Shown here piece by piece: positions 10,501 through 18,516 of a stretch of DNA of 32,583 nucleotides. Position 1 is the stretch's first letter, and every line of letters begins with the position of its first letter. Origin of the DNA: Thermodesulfobacteriota bacterium (GTDB taxonomy: Bacteria > Desulfobacterota_D > UBA1144 > Nemesobacterales > UBA2774); NCBI GenBank assembly GCA_040880385.1, contig JBBDIN010000079.1, positions 1-32,583 on the forward strand, written 5' to 3'. A program made the position numbers and the translations under genes. The notes beneath the pieces were generated by a model that made no database searches, was not told the origin of the DNA, and worked only from the letters and a program-made list of their open reading frames with translations.

Positions 10501-10683
10501 ATATTAATGACATCTATAGCTGCCATTTTAGGCCTAACGCCTATGGCATTGGCGGGAGGAGCGAATATTCCTCTTGCTCGTGCAGTAATCGGAGGAGTAA
10601 TTTCCTCTACAATTCTTGCGCTTGTAATTGTTCCGATTTTGTACACTTTGCTAAAGAAAAGCAAAGGTGAAGCACATGGTTAA
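7576..10683 (+). CDS. RND efflux permease (AcrB/CusA superfamily)
   Basis: 1035 aa, TTG start after AGGGGG. 12-TM pattern, ALAVGLLIDQSIVVIEN (TM4), RLRPILMTS (TM11). Confidence 0.95.
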   Translation: MIRGALANPYAVVVLALSILIIGLTVLSRIPIDILPIFKTPAVQIVTFYPGMPAEIVEKDITTRLERWTGQSVGIARQESKSMTGVSIVKDFFSPGIDLSTAMSQVSSYAMSDLYYLPPGTIPPMVMPFDPTATIPLSLITVSSPEYDETELYDIAYFDLRNRLQGISGVIAPAVYGGKLRRILAYVDKDKLQARNLSPMDVVKTLKAYNVFIPTGNAKIGDLDYQINANGMVPEVDQLNDFPVKIENGAAVFLKDVGKVEDTHQIQSNIVRINGKRQVYIPIYRQPGSNTIQVVEGVKNALSTMLERLPKGVNLDVVMDQSVYVRNAISSLIQEGILGAVLASIMILVFLGSVRSMFIVLLNLPLAILASLIGLYFTGKSVNAMTLGGLALAVGLLIDQSIVVIENISRHIELGKSPKEAALVGATEIAKPLFIITLTIIVVFFPIVFITGIGKFLFTPLGLSVAFAIGSSYILAIVLVPVCSAKFLKQVENNETNSSFFTFFEKRYSALRYWYRNFLIRLMGRKKRVLLITFVFFIGSLALYPFIGQELFPQIDSGQLMIKIRAQSGTRVEKTEMLVKQIEDIIRQEIPTPDLNMIISNIGVLLDWPAAYTPNSGPQDAFINIQLSENHKKTSQEYAEILRKELRGSFPGVEFTFDTGGIVTAALNFGLPSPINIQVEGNDLNIAYGVAQEIKNVVESVSGTEDVRIQQRLDYPQIEVNVDRVKAAYLGLTQEDIVKNVVTTLNSSINFDPAFWIDHKNGNHYFLGAQYQEEDIKSMETLENIPMTSPNNINGSGKPVLLKNVASFERTTAPSEVNHLDISRVIDVYSNVSGRDIGSVASDIEKGIKKIDVPPGYFVHMRGEVQSMRESFTSMGFGLMLAIVLVYLVMVLQFRSFLDPLIVMFAIPLGLIGVILMLFLTGTNLNIQSFMGIIMMVGIVVSFSILLVDFANRLWAEGASLEEAIINASEVRLRPILMTSIAAILGLTPMALAGGANIPLARAVIGGVISSTILALVIVPILYTLLKKSKGEAHG

Positions 10684-10786
10684 GTCCAGAACAAATTTCA
10701 AAAGTCACTGGATTGTAACGATACTGAACTATAATCAATTTAAAGGATGAATTCTAAATTATGCAATTTCTGTAAAGGAGCTGGAC

Positions 10787-11983
10787 ATGAAAAATAAGAA
10801 AATACGCGTGATTGCTGTATTCAGCTTAATAACATTTATAGCAGTGATGGTTATTATAGTAATTCAGAAATCCTCGCATACTGAAGAAGTAGACGATCCA
10901 GTTACGAAAGCAGATGAAAATTCAATTACCCGCGTGGAAGTTATAAAGCCGGTACTAGAGGATTTGGTACAGAGCATTACCCTTCCTGCGTCAATAGAAC
11001 CTCTGTATAAAGCTACATTATACGCGAAAGCGGCGGGTTATCTTGAGTCGATTAATGTCGATATTGGAGATTGGGTCAAAGAGGGTGATATCCTCGCGGA
11101 GTTGGATATTCCCGAGATGGTGCAGGAGTACGAGCAGTTAAAGGCCAAGCTTAAAGAGGCCGAAACAAGCTATAGAAGCGCAAAAGCGAATTACGAACTA
11201 CAAAAACTTACTTACGAGAGAATGAACAATATATGGGACTCCGAACCTGGCGCAATAGCCAGACAGGATGTCGATATTTCTGAGGCAAAGCATAATTTCG
11301 CAAAGGAACAAATGGCTCATGAGAAAGCAAGTATAGATAACGCAAAAGCTGACCTTGAAAGAATCAAAGCCCTACTCGAATACGGAAAAATTAAAGCGCC
11401 TTTTGATGGAGTGATCACAAAACGATTTGTAGACCCGGGTGCACTTGTACAGGACGCTACATCTGATACCGATGTTTCACCCGTTGTGGAAATAATGCAC
11501 ACGGATTCTGTGTTTGTCTTTACCGATGTACCGGAGCCTGACATCCCTCTTCTGGATAAAGGAGATAAAGCTACTTTTACCATAGAGACATTACCCGGCA
11601 AGGAGTTCCTAGGAGTAGTCACTCGTTATGCGGAATCACTGGACCCTTCAACACGTACGATGAAAACCGTAATCTTTATTCAAAACCCTGAACATGTATT
11701 GCTCCCGGGAATGTACGTCAATATAAAACTGGAACTTGCAGTCCATAAGAACGCTATAACTGTTCCAGCTGTAGCTCTGCTTGTCGAGAAGGAAAAGAAC
11801 TATGTCTATGTAGTGAAAAACGACAAAGCAAATAAAAGAGAAGTGGTTACAGGACTCGACGATGGTATACATGTGGAAGTCCTCAATGGGCTTGTTGGGG
11901 ATGAAAATATAATAATTAGTGGACATAACGGAATATCTGATGGAGAGGTTGTAAAGATATCACTAAAATCTAAAGGAGAGTAA
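10787..11983 (+). CDS. RND periplasmic adaptor (MFP)
   Basis: N-terminal TM, lipoyl half-motifs (VDIGDWVKEGDILAEL; IKAPFDGVIT), coiled coil, LLPGMYV. SD AAGGAG. Confidence 0.93.
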   Translation: MKNKKIRVIAVFSLITFIAVMVIIVIQKSSHTEEVDDPVTKADENSITRVEVIKPVLEDLVQSITLPASIEPLYKATLYAKAAGYLESINVDIGDWVKEGDILAELDIPEMVQEYEQLKAKLKEAETSYRSAKANYELQKLTYERMNNIWDSEPGAIARQDVDISEAKHNFAKEQMAHEKASIDNAKADLERIKALLEYGKIKAPFDGVITKRFVDPGALVQDATSDTDVSPVVEIMHTDSVFVFTDVPEPDIPLLDKGDKATFTIETLPGKEFLGVVTRYAESLDPSTRTMKTVIFIQNPEHVLLPGMYVNIKLELAVHKNAITVPAVALLVEKEKNYVYVVKNDKANKREVVTGLDDGIHVEVLNGLVGDENIIISGHNGISDGEVVKISLKSKGE

Positions 11984-11986
11984 TAT

Positions 11987-13420
11987 ATGAGTCGTTATAC
12001 AGTATTTATAATTTATATGGCCCTTGCTTTACTTTCTCATAATGTCAATTCCATGGCTGAAATACTCAGTAAAGATAAAGGAATAAAAAATCAGGAACCA
12101 ATTAGTGAGGAAATAGAAGAATGGGCAAATATTTCTATTACATTGGAATCATTGGATATTAGATTGTTGGGAGCGGACAAGCTACCAATCGATCTCTCAT
12201 CTGCTCTTAGTCTCGCCATTGCAAGTAATCTAGATATTGCAGAAGCAAAGGCTGAAGTTTTAGAAGCTAAAGGAAATATGAAAGCGGCTGTTGGTCAACT
12301 GTTACCATTTATTTATTTCTTCTTCGGATACGGCCACACTGAGGGGAGAGTACAGGGCTCGTTCGGAGAACTTAAGAATGTAGATTTTGACACTGTAAAT
12401 CCCGGAATGACTGTGGGTTATAATATAAATCCGGGAAAGACGTTCTTCAATAATCTTGCATCTCGACGGATAGTTGATTCTACAATGGCGAAAAAATCAG
12501 TTATTACACAGGATACTCTTCTTAAAGTGTTTGAACAATTTTACAACCTAATAGAGGCGCAAGCCAAAATCAAGGTCTCTGAGGAGTCGGTTGCAAATTC
12601 AAACTCTCTACTTCGAATTGCTGAAGCACTTCAAAAAGAGGGACTGGGACCCGGAGCGGATGTTGTAAGAGCAAGGGCAAAGCTTGAGGAAGATAAACAA
12701 GTGTTGATAGGGTCTCAAAATGAATTTAGACAAGCTTCTGCAGATCTGGCTTTTACTCTGAAGCTTAACCCATCGATCACACTATTTCCGAAAGACAAGA
12801 TATTAACACTCATCACAATTGTAGATCCTCAGATTAATTTAAGTGATCTTATGAAAAAGGCAATTTCCCAGCATCCCGGTATTCACCAAGCAAGTGAAAT
12901 TGTAAAAGCAGCGGATGCTGAAAGTTCCGCAGTCTGGTTAGACAATTTGGGGCCTGATCTTATATTACAGGCTGAATTGGGTGGGATAGGAGATGAATTT
13001 GATAATATACAACATAGTGAGAACTATCAAGCACTTATAGGATTTACTGTATCGGCTTCATCATATGGAGATATTAAAGCTGCACGTGCACGGTCGCAGA
13101 GAGCAATGATATTGGAAGAAAAAGAGGGGGAAAGAATTAAAACAACAGTGGTAAAGTCCTATGATGATGTTATATCAGCGAAAGAAAAGATAACTCCCGC
13201 TAAAACAGAAGTAAAATCGGCTGAAGATTCTTTAAGATTAAGCCAAGTTCGATTTAAAAGAGGAATCGGTCTTGCTATTGAAGTAATTCAAGCGGGAAAT
13301 GCTCTCTCGGAAGCACGTTTGAATTATATTAGAGCAATAGTAGATTACAACAAAGCACAAGCACGGTTGGCTAATTCTATTGGAGATATTTCCTTAGATA
13401 ATATAAATAGTAGCATATAA
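11987..13420 (+). CDS. TolC-family outer membrane efflux protein
   Basis: Signal peptide, duplicated OEP pattern (SQVRFKRGIGLAIEVIQA...YNKAQARL), third gene of the RND operon. Confidence 0.9.
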   Translation: MSRYTVFIIYMALALLSHNVNSMAEILSKDKGIKNQEPISEEIEEWANISITLESLDIRLLGADKLPIDLSSALSLAIASNLDIAEAKAEVLEAKGNMKAAVGQLLPFIYFFFGYGHTEGRVQGSFGELKNVDFDTVNPGMTVGYNINPGKTFFNNLASRRIVDSTMAKKSVITQDTLLKVFEQFYNLIEAQAKIKVSEESVANSNSLLRIAEALQKEGLGPGADVVRARAKLEEDKQVLIGSQNEFRQASADLAFTLKLNPSITLFPKDKILTLITIVDPQINLSDLMKKAISQHPGIHQASEIVKAADAESSAVWLDNLGPDLILQAELGGIGDEFDNIQHSENYQALIGFTVSASSYGDIKAARARSQRAMILEEKEGERIKTTVVKSYDDVISAKEKITPAKTEVKSAEDSLRLSQVRFKRGIGLAIEVIQAGNALSEARLNYIRAIVDYNKAQARLANSIGDISLDNINSSI

Positions 13421-13461
13421 TTTATATGTAATATTAAATAGAAGATCGAAACACAAATAAA

Positions 13462-14061
13462 ATGAAAAGCAATTCAAGTCGAGCAGGCAATCTTATTAAG
13501 AACGTTAAGGATATCAGGATCGATTCACCATCAATTGATACTATTCTCATGGAGCATCTGGATACGTTGTATACCACTGCTTATAGACTTGTAAAGAACA
13601 AGGAAACAGCTGAGGACTTAGTTCAGGATACGTGCCTGAAAGCTGTTAAGTACTTTGATAAACTGCGATCTAAAGAAAAGTCAAAACAATGGTTATTTAA
13701 GATCCTCATGAACACATTTATAAATAAATACCGAAAAAAAATTAAAGAACCGCCGATTCTGGAGCTCGATTTAAGCGAATCAATCCAGGCATACGCCAGC
13801 AGGAATTCCGAACACACACTCGATCCCGAAAAGTTATTACTTGAACGTAATTTCAATAATAGGATAAAGGAGGCTTTGGATAAACTACATGTGGATATGA
13901 GGTCCGTAGTATTACTTTCAGACGTAGAAGGATTCACGTATCAGGAAATGTCTGAGATATTAAATTGCCCTGCAGGCACTATAGCTTCACGTCTCTTCAG
14001 AGCAAGGAGCTTTTTACGGGAATCTTTATTGAAATACACAGATAAGAGTGGATCAATTTGA
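13462..14061 (+). CDS. ECF sigma-70 factor (SigH/SigR-like)
   Basis: LYTTAYRLVKNKETAEDLVQDT, WLFKILMNTFIN, EGFTYQEMSEILNCPAGTIASRLFRAR. Confidence 0.93.
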   Translation: MKSNSSRAGNLIKNVKDIRIDSPSIDTILMEHLDTLYTTAYRLVKNKETAEDLVQDTCLKAVKYFDKLRSKEKSKQWLFKILMNTFINKYRKKIKEPPILELDLSESIQAYASRNSEHTLDPEKLLLERNFNNRIKEALDKLHVDMRSVVLLSDVEGFTYQEMSEILNCPAGTIASRLFRARSFLRESLLKYTDKSGSI

Positions 14062-14077
14062 TCGGGGAGGGGTAATA

Positions 14078-14890
14078 ATGGAATGTAATAAAGTAAGAGA
14101 AATTCTTTATTTAGCTCCTGGGCAAGGGCCATATTCGGCTGAATTGATTGGGGCTAGGGAACATTTGAAAGACTGCTCAAGCTGTGCAGAATTTTTTAAA
14201 GAAGAAGAGATACTGAAGAATCTGATTTATGAAAAGGCACCCAGAAACAAAGCTCCACAAAGTCTTAGACAATTTGTGCTCAAAACTACAGAGGGAATGG
14301 ATAGCATATCAAAAGCAACAGGAGGAGTTTTGAGTTACGTTGGGCTTACGGAAGTAATCCCTAAACTATCATTTGCATTGTTGTTTCTAATATTAATAAC
14401 GACATCGCTGGTTTTATACAATGTTTCATTTGAAAATCAAAGTGCTTCGCTGGCTTCCCGTCTCGTTGAAGATCATATTAAAAATATACCCGGGGATGTT
14501 CAAATCTTATCCTCAGACCCTGTAATTGTAGAACAGTGGTTTCGGGGTAAGTTAGACTTCGTAGTTAATGTGCCTAAGCTTCGAGATACCAGGTTCATAG
14601 GGGGGAGATTATGTCAGATTGAAGGTAAACGTTTAGCCCTGCTATTCTACGAAAAGGACGGGCGATCTTTATCCGTATTCGTTATGGACGGATCAATTCC
14701 TTCTTTAAACTGGAAAGATAAAAACGTTATCGAGAATGAAGAAGCATTCAGCAAAATTACGAATGAAAAGGGGTGTAATATAATCTTCTGGAGAGAGAAA
14801 GGCATTGTTTTTGCACTGGTCTCTGACATCGAAAGGCGGGAGCTTCTGGAAATTGTATCGGGTAAAACTATTAAAAAAACACGAAATTAA
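14078..14890 (+). CDS. Transmembrane zinc-binding (ZAS, zf-HC2) anti-sigma factor
   Basis: ATG 14078 after GGGGAGGGG (alternative start 14048). C...HLKDCSSC (Hx3Cx2C), one TM, periplasmic GGRLC...LSVFV domain. Follows the ECF gene. Confidence 0.88.
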   Translation: MECNKVREILYLAPGQGPYSAELIGAREHLKDCSSCAEFFKEEEILKNLIYEKAPRNKAPQSLRQFVLKTTEGMDSISKATGGVLSYVGLTEVIPKLSFALLFLILITTSLVLYNVSFENQSASLASRLVEDHIKNIPGDVQILSSDPVIVEQWFRGKLDFVVNVPKLRDTRFIGGRLCQIEGKRLALLFYEKDGRSLSVFVMDGSIPSLNWKDKNVIENEEAFSKITNEKGCNIIFWREKGIVFALVSDIERRELLEIVSGKTIKKTRN

Positions 14891-14895
14891 CACCG

Positions 14896-15174
14896 TGACC
14901 TTCTCCCAGAAACCCGGACCAGTAAAAAGTTGAGAAATCCGGCAAAATAACCCTCGAAATGACGGACTGAGACTGCGGCTCGGAATAGCTAATACGGGAT
15001 CCCCGATTACTGCATTCGGGAATCCATGTTTGTAATAATATTAAAGTGAACTCGCTAAACATCCACCCGTTTTATAGTAAAATATTCGGCTCTGGATAAC
15101 ATGACGCCGGAGGAGTATGCGAAAAAGCACTTAAAGATCTCTAATTTATATAGTACAGCCTTTAGTGGAGCTCA
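14896..15174 (+). mobile_element. Collapsed IS3-family remnant
   Basis: Starts TGACCTTCTCCC (IS3-type IR). 15083-15121 encodes YSALDNMTPEEYA, the typical end of IS3 OrfB. A degenerate right end finishes in ...GCTCA. Confidence 0.65.
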
Positions 15175-15191
15175 CTTTGGCTTTGATGCAA

Positions 15192-15218
15192 TGTAACCTT
15201 TTCGTAATTATCTTATCT
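15192..15218 (+). promoter_or_regulatory. Putative ECF-sigma promoter (TGTAACCTTTTC-N10-TATCT) for the DUF302 operon
   Basis: Shared motif, 35 nt upstream of the ATG at 15254. Confidence 0.55.
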
Positions 15219-15253
15219 ATATCTTACAAATCCAATTTAATGAGGTGTAACTT

Positions 15254-15742
15254 ATGTCCAAATGCGTATCTAGCATTAAGATTGCGGGATCTATGGCTAT
15301 TATGTTCGTCCTGCTAGTATCAGTTTTTTCTCATAACGTGTTGGCCGCTACAGAAGTTGTCAGGCCGGTCGAAGTGACTTCCAGCCTATCGTTTGACCAA
15401 ACCGTAGATAAAGTTAGAACTCTGGTAGCAAAAAACGGAATGATGGTTATGGGTGAAATCGACCAGGGGAAGATGCTCTCTATGACGGGGCTGAAACTAA
15501 AGGGCATTTCTCTTATAGTAGGGAATCCCACTGTCGGTAAGAAGATCTTTAGCTCGGAACCCGCTGCCGGTTTGGCAATACCAATACGTCTTTACATCTT
15601 TGAAGACAGTGATCATAGGGTGGTTATAAGTTATTATAAACCCTCTGAGCTCTTATCTCAGTATCACGACAATGAGATTGATATGGTTGGGACGATGCTG
15701 GATCAAAAACTTGAAAAGTTAACATCCATGTCTTCGAAATGA
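15254..15742 (+). CDS. Exported DUF302 domain protein
   Basis: Signal peptide ending VLA-A. SFDQTVDKV..GMMVMGEIDQ, IVGNPTVG, AGLAIPIRLYIFE, YYKPS. Confidence 0.85.
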   Translation: MSKCVSSIKIAGSMAIMFVLLVSVFSHNVLAATEVVRPVEVTSSLSFDQTVDKVRTLVAKNGMMVMGEIDQGKMLSMTGLKLKGISLIVGNPTVGKKIFSSEPAAGLAIPIRLYIFEDSDHRVVISYYKPSELLSQYHDNEIDMVGTMLDQKLEKLTSMSSK

Positions 15743-16461
15743 ACACAAAGAGAATAACAACTCTTGAGTTAATGCTTACCGCGGTCGTGCTTATAGTGGC
15801 CGCGGTAGGCCCCACTATATTTCCAGCGGCTCAGGCCGGCTATGCAAAAATGTCAGCTTTGGCCGGGTACTTTCTTCTACCGTCGGTGGGAATACTTTTT
15901 ATTGCACTACTTGCTGGAAAGGCATTAGGGGAGGCTGGTTTTGTAAACAGAGTAATTGCTGGACTAGTGTCTGGCATATTGGCAACCATAGCTCTGGAAG
16001 TAGTACGTGAGTTCGGATTCCAAATGGGCTGGATGCCTGGAAGTCTTCCAAAACTTCTTGGGGTTCTTATCACCGATAGATTCCTGGAAGGCCCTTCACT
16101 TTATTCTAATTTGGCAGGTTGGGCTTATCATTTCTGGAATGGTGCATGTTTTGGAATGGTTTATGCAGTAATTTTTGGTAAGACCCGATGGTGGTACGCG
16201 ACCATTTATGGAGTCTTTATCGGGATAGTTTTCATGGTAAGTCCTTCTGTAACAGCTTTGGGAATTGGATATTTCGGTTTGCAATTTGGTTGGGGCTTCC
16301 CGATAACTGTAACCATTGCTCATATAGCATTTGGTACAGCCTTGGGGCTCATGCTGAATAAAGGGTTTAACTTCAAAGGATCAAGTTTATTTGACAGATT
16401 GATAAACAATACTTCGAATATACCTGCTGAAAATAAGTCCATTAGAGAAAATGGTACATAA
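15739..16461 (+). CDS. Multi-pass membrane protein of unknown function
   Basis: About 6 hydrophobic segments, GWAYHFWNG and IAHIAFG. ATGA overlap with the DUF302 gene. Confidence 0.8.
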   Translation: MNTKRITTLELMLTAVVLIVAAVGPTIFPAAQAGYAKMSALAGYFLLPSVGILFIALLAGKALGEAGFVNRVIAGLVSGILATIALEVVREFGFQMGWMPGSLPKLLGVLITDRFLEGPSLYSNLAGWAYHFWNGACFGMVYAVIFGKTRWWYATIYGVFIGIVFMVSPSVTALGIGYFGLQFGWGFPITVTIAHIAFGTALGLMLNKGFNFKGSSLFDRLINNTSNIPAENKSIRENGT

Positions 16462-17797
16462 AAATGAAGCTAAGCGCGTTCTCATTCTCGGGGCAGGTTT
16501 TGCGGGTCTGTATGCTGCCCGTGAGCTTGAAAAGATTTTTGCCGGAGATAAAAGTGTGGAAATTACCCTGGTTAACCGAGACAATTTCTTTCTCTTTACT
16601 CCGATGCTCTCCGAAGTCCCGTCAAGCGGGATTGAGGCCAAACACGTAATCAGTCCTATAAGAGCGTTTTTAAAAAAGGTTTCGTTTAAACAGGCTGAGA
16701 TTCATTCGATAAATTTCGCAGAACGAATAGTGACTTGTTCACATTGTCCTAAATGTGAAATTTATTATCTTGAGTATGATTATTTAGTCATGGCTCTTGG
16801 ATCAATAACAAACTTTTATGGACTCCCGGGAGTAAGTCAAAATTCATTTCCTATGAAAACTCTCTCGGATGCTATGGCGCTTAGAAATCATGTCATAGAT
16901 AGGTTCGAGCATGCGGACATGGAAGAACACATTGAAACCAGGCGACGCCTTTTAACGTTCGTCGTAGTCGGAGGAGGGTTTGCGGGAGTCGAGGTTGCTG
17001 CCGAGCTCAATGAGTTTATACATGTCAGCCGGAAACTCTACCGCAATGTCGACCGGGAAGACGTAAAGGTTGTCCTTGTTGTGGCCGGATCCAGGATTAT
17101 GCCGGAGATAAGCGAGAATCTTGCCGATTATGCTTATAACAAGCTTCTTAAACACAGAATTGAATTTCATTTCCAGACAAAGCTAATTCGGGCTAGTTCC
17201 AATAATATTGAACTGGATAATGGTAACAACTTCTCTATTTCTACTGAAACATTGATATGGACAGCAGGTGTTTCTCCAGACCCAATTATACAGTCGCTTC
17301 CATGTGAAAAAGATAAGAAAGGGAGAATAATAACAAATGAGTATCTGGAAGTACCCGGTGTGTCCAACATTTGGGCTTTGGGAGACTGTGCCCACATCCC
17401 CGATCCGTCAACGGGTGATTCGTACCCACCCACAGCGCAGTATGCGATACGGGAAGGCAGGCTTGCCGCCCGGAACATTGCCGCTGTGATACAGGATAGA
17501 TACAAGGACAGGAAGTGTTTTGAATATTCCCCCGCAGGAATATTGGTGCCGCTCGGGAATATGACCGCAGTAGCGAAAATAAAGGGTTTCAGGTTCTCGG
17601 GGTTTTTTGCCTGGTGGCTCTGGAGGACAATATATCTCTCCAAGCTTCCTGGATTGGATAGAAAAATTAGAGTTGCAATTGACTGGACTTTAAACCTATT
17701 CTTTACCAGGGATATTGTCAAACTGAACGTTTTTATCAAGCCCGCTTCAGAAAAACGATCCTTAAATCCGGAAAACTGTGATAAAAAGAATCACTGA
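16451..17797 (+). CDS. NAD(P)/FAD-dependent oxidoreductase, NDH-2 family
   Basis: Two Rossmann motifs (GAGFAG; GGGFAGVE), FTPMLSEV, WTAGV, ALGDCA, PPTAQYA, C-terminal AWWLWR amphipathic region. Confidence 0.9.
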   Translation: MVHKNEAKRVLILGAGFAGLYAARELEKIFAGDKSVEITLVNRDNFFLFTPMLSEVPSSGIEAKHVISPIRAFLKKVSFKQAEIHSINFAERIVTCSHCPKCEIYYLEYDYLVMALGSITNFYGLPGVSQNSFPMKTLSDAMALRNHVIDRFEHADMEEHIETRRRLLTFVVVGGGFAGVEVAAELNEFIHVSRKLYRNVDREDVKVVLVVAGSRIMPEISENLADYAYNKLLKHRIEFHFQTKLIRASSNNIELDNGNNFSISTETLIWTAGVSPDPIIQSLPCEKDKKGRIITNEYLEVPGVSNIWALGDCAHIPDPSTGDSYPPTAQYAIREGRLAARNIAAVIQDRYKDRKCFEYSPAGILVPLGNMTAVAKIKGFRFSGFFAWWLWRTIYLSKLPGLDRKIRVAIDWTLNLFFTRDIVKLNVFIKPASEKRSLNPENCDKKNH

Positions 17798-18082
17798 GTT
17801 GTACAAACCATCAAATAAGTACAAAATTAGATTCCATCATTGCGGTGATATGGTGACATTAAATGTATATGCAGGTGAAGAGAAAAAACCATGACGAATA
17901 AAACAGGCAGCATCTGTTGCAGGAGTTCACTATATTATGACTTCTATTGGTAGTAAATAATTTTATATTGTCATTTAGTATCTAAAGCTGTGTTTTATAA
18001 AATTTAATGTTATTAATCAAGTGTTGTATTTGAACTGATCACTGCTTTGAGAAAAAGTTAATCGGTCCCGTTTTTTCAATTG

Positions 18083-18109
18083 TGGGGTGTCCCGGACAGT
18101 TTTGAAACA
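18083..18109 (+). mobile_element. Possible isolated IS3-family terminal inverted repeat
   Basis: TGGGGTGTCCCGGACAGTTTTGAAACA resembles IS3/IS51-group ends. It is a GC-rich patch in an AT-rich gap, and no transposase is seen. Confidence 0.3.
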
Positions 18110-18516
18110 ATATCAGATTTAGGGACTCTTTTATTGTATTGAGACGTAGATTCTTATGTAATTTCAATCACGGAAATATCTTACTATAGAACGAAAAGTA
18201 GCGATTAAACAAATGATTAGTGACATTTAAAATCTAGCATCTATAAGTTGCTTTTTCATTAATATAATTAAGATCAGCATTGCGGATTTTAAAAAAAATT
18301 ATGCAAACAGACTCATGCTAATGCTTTTACGAAGGCATAAGTTGCAATTCTTTGCTAAAGCCGTAACCGGGAGATTGCTGTGTCTATTGTTCCCCTGGCG
18401 GTAAAAAATATCCTATGAATTTAGATACAAATGCTATGGAATGGTAATTAAAGTTCTTGAGAGAACTCTAAATTCATAAAGCCAGAAACTGGAAGAACAT
18501 GTAAAATTTGATTTTC

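Noticed and set aside
10676-10750. 24-codon ORF between permease and MFP
   Set aside because: Too short, no motif, and expected by chance.
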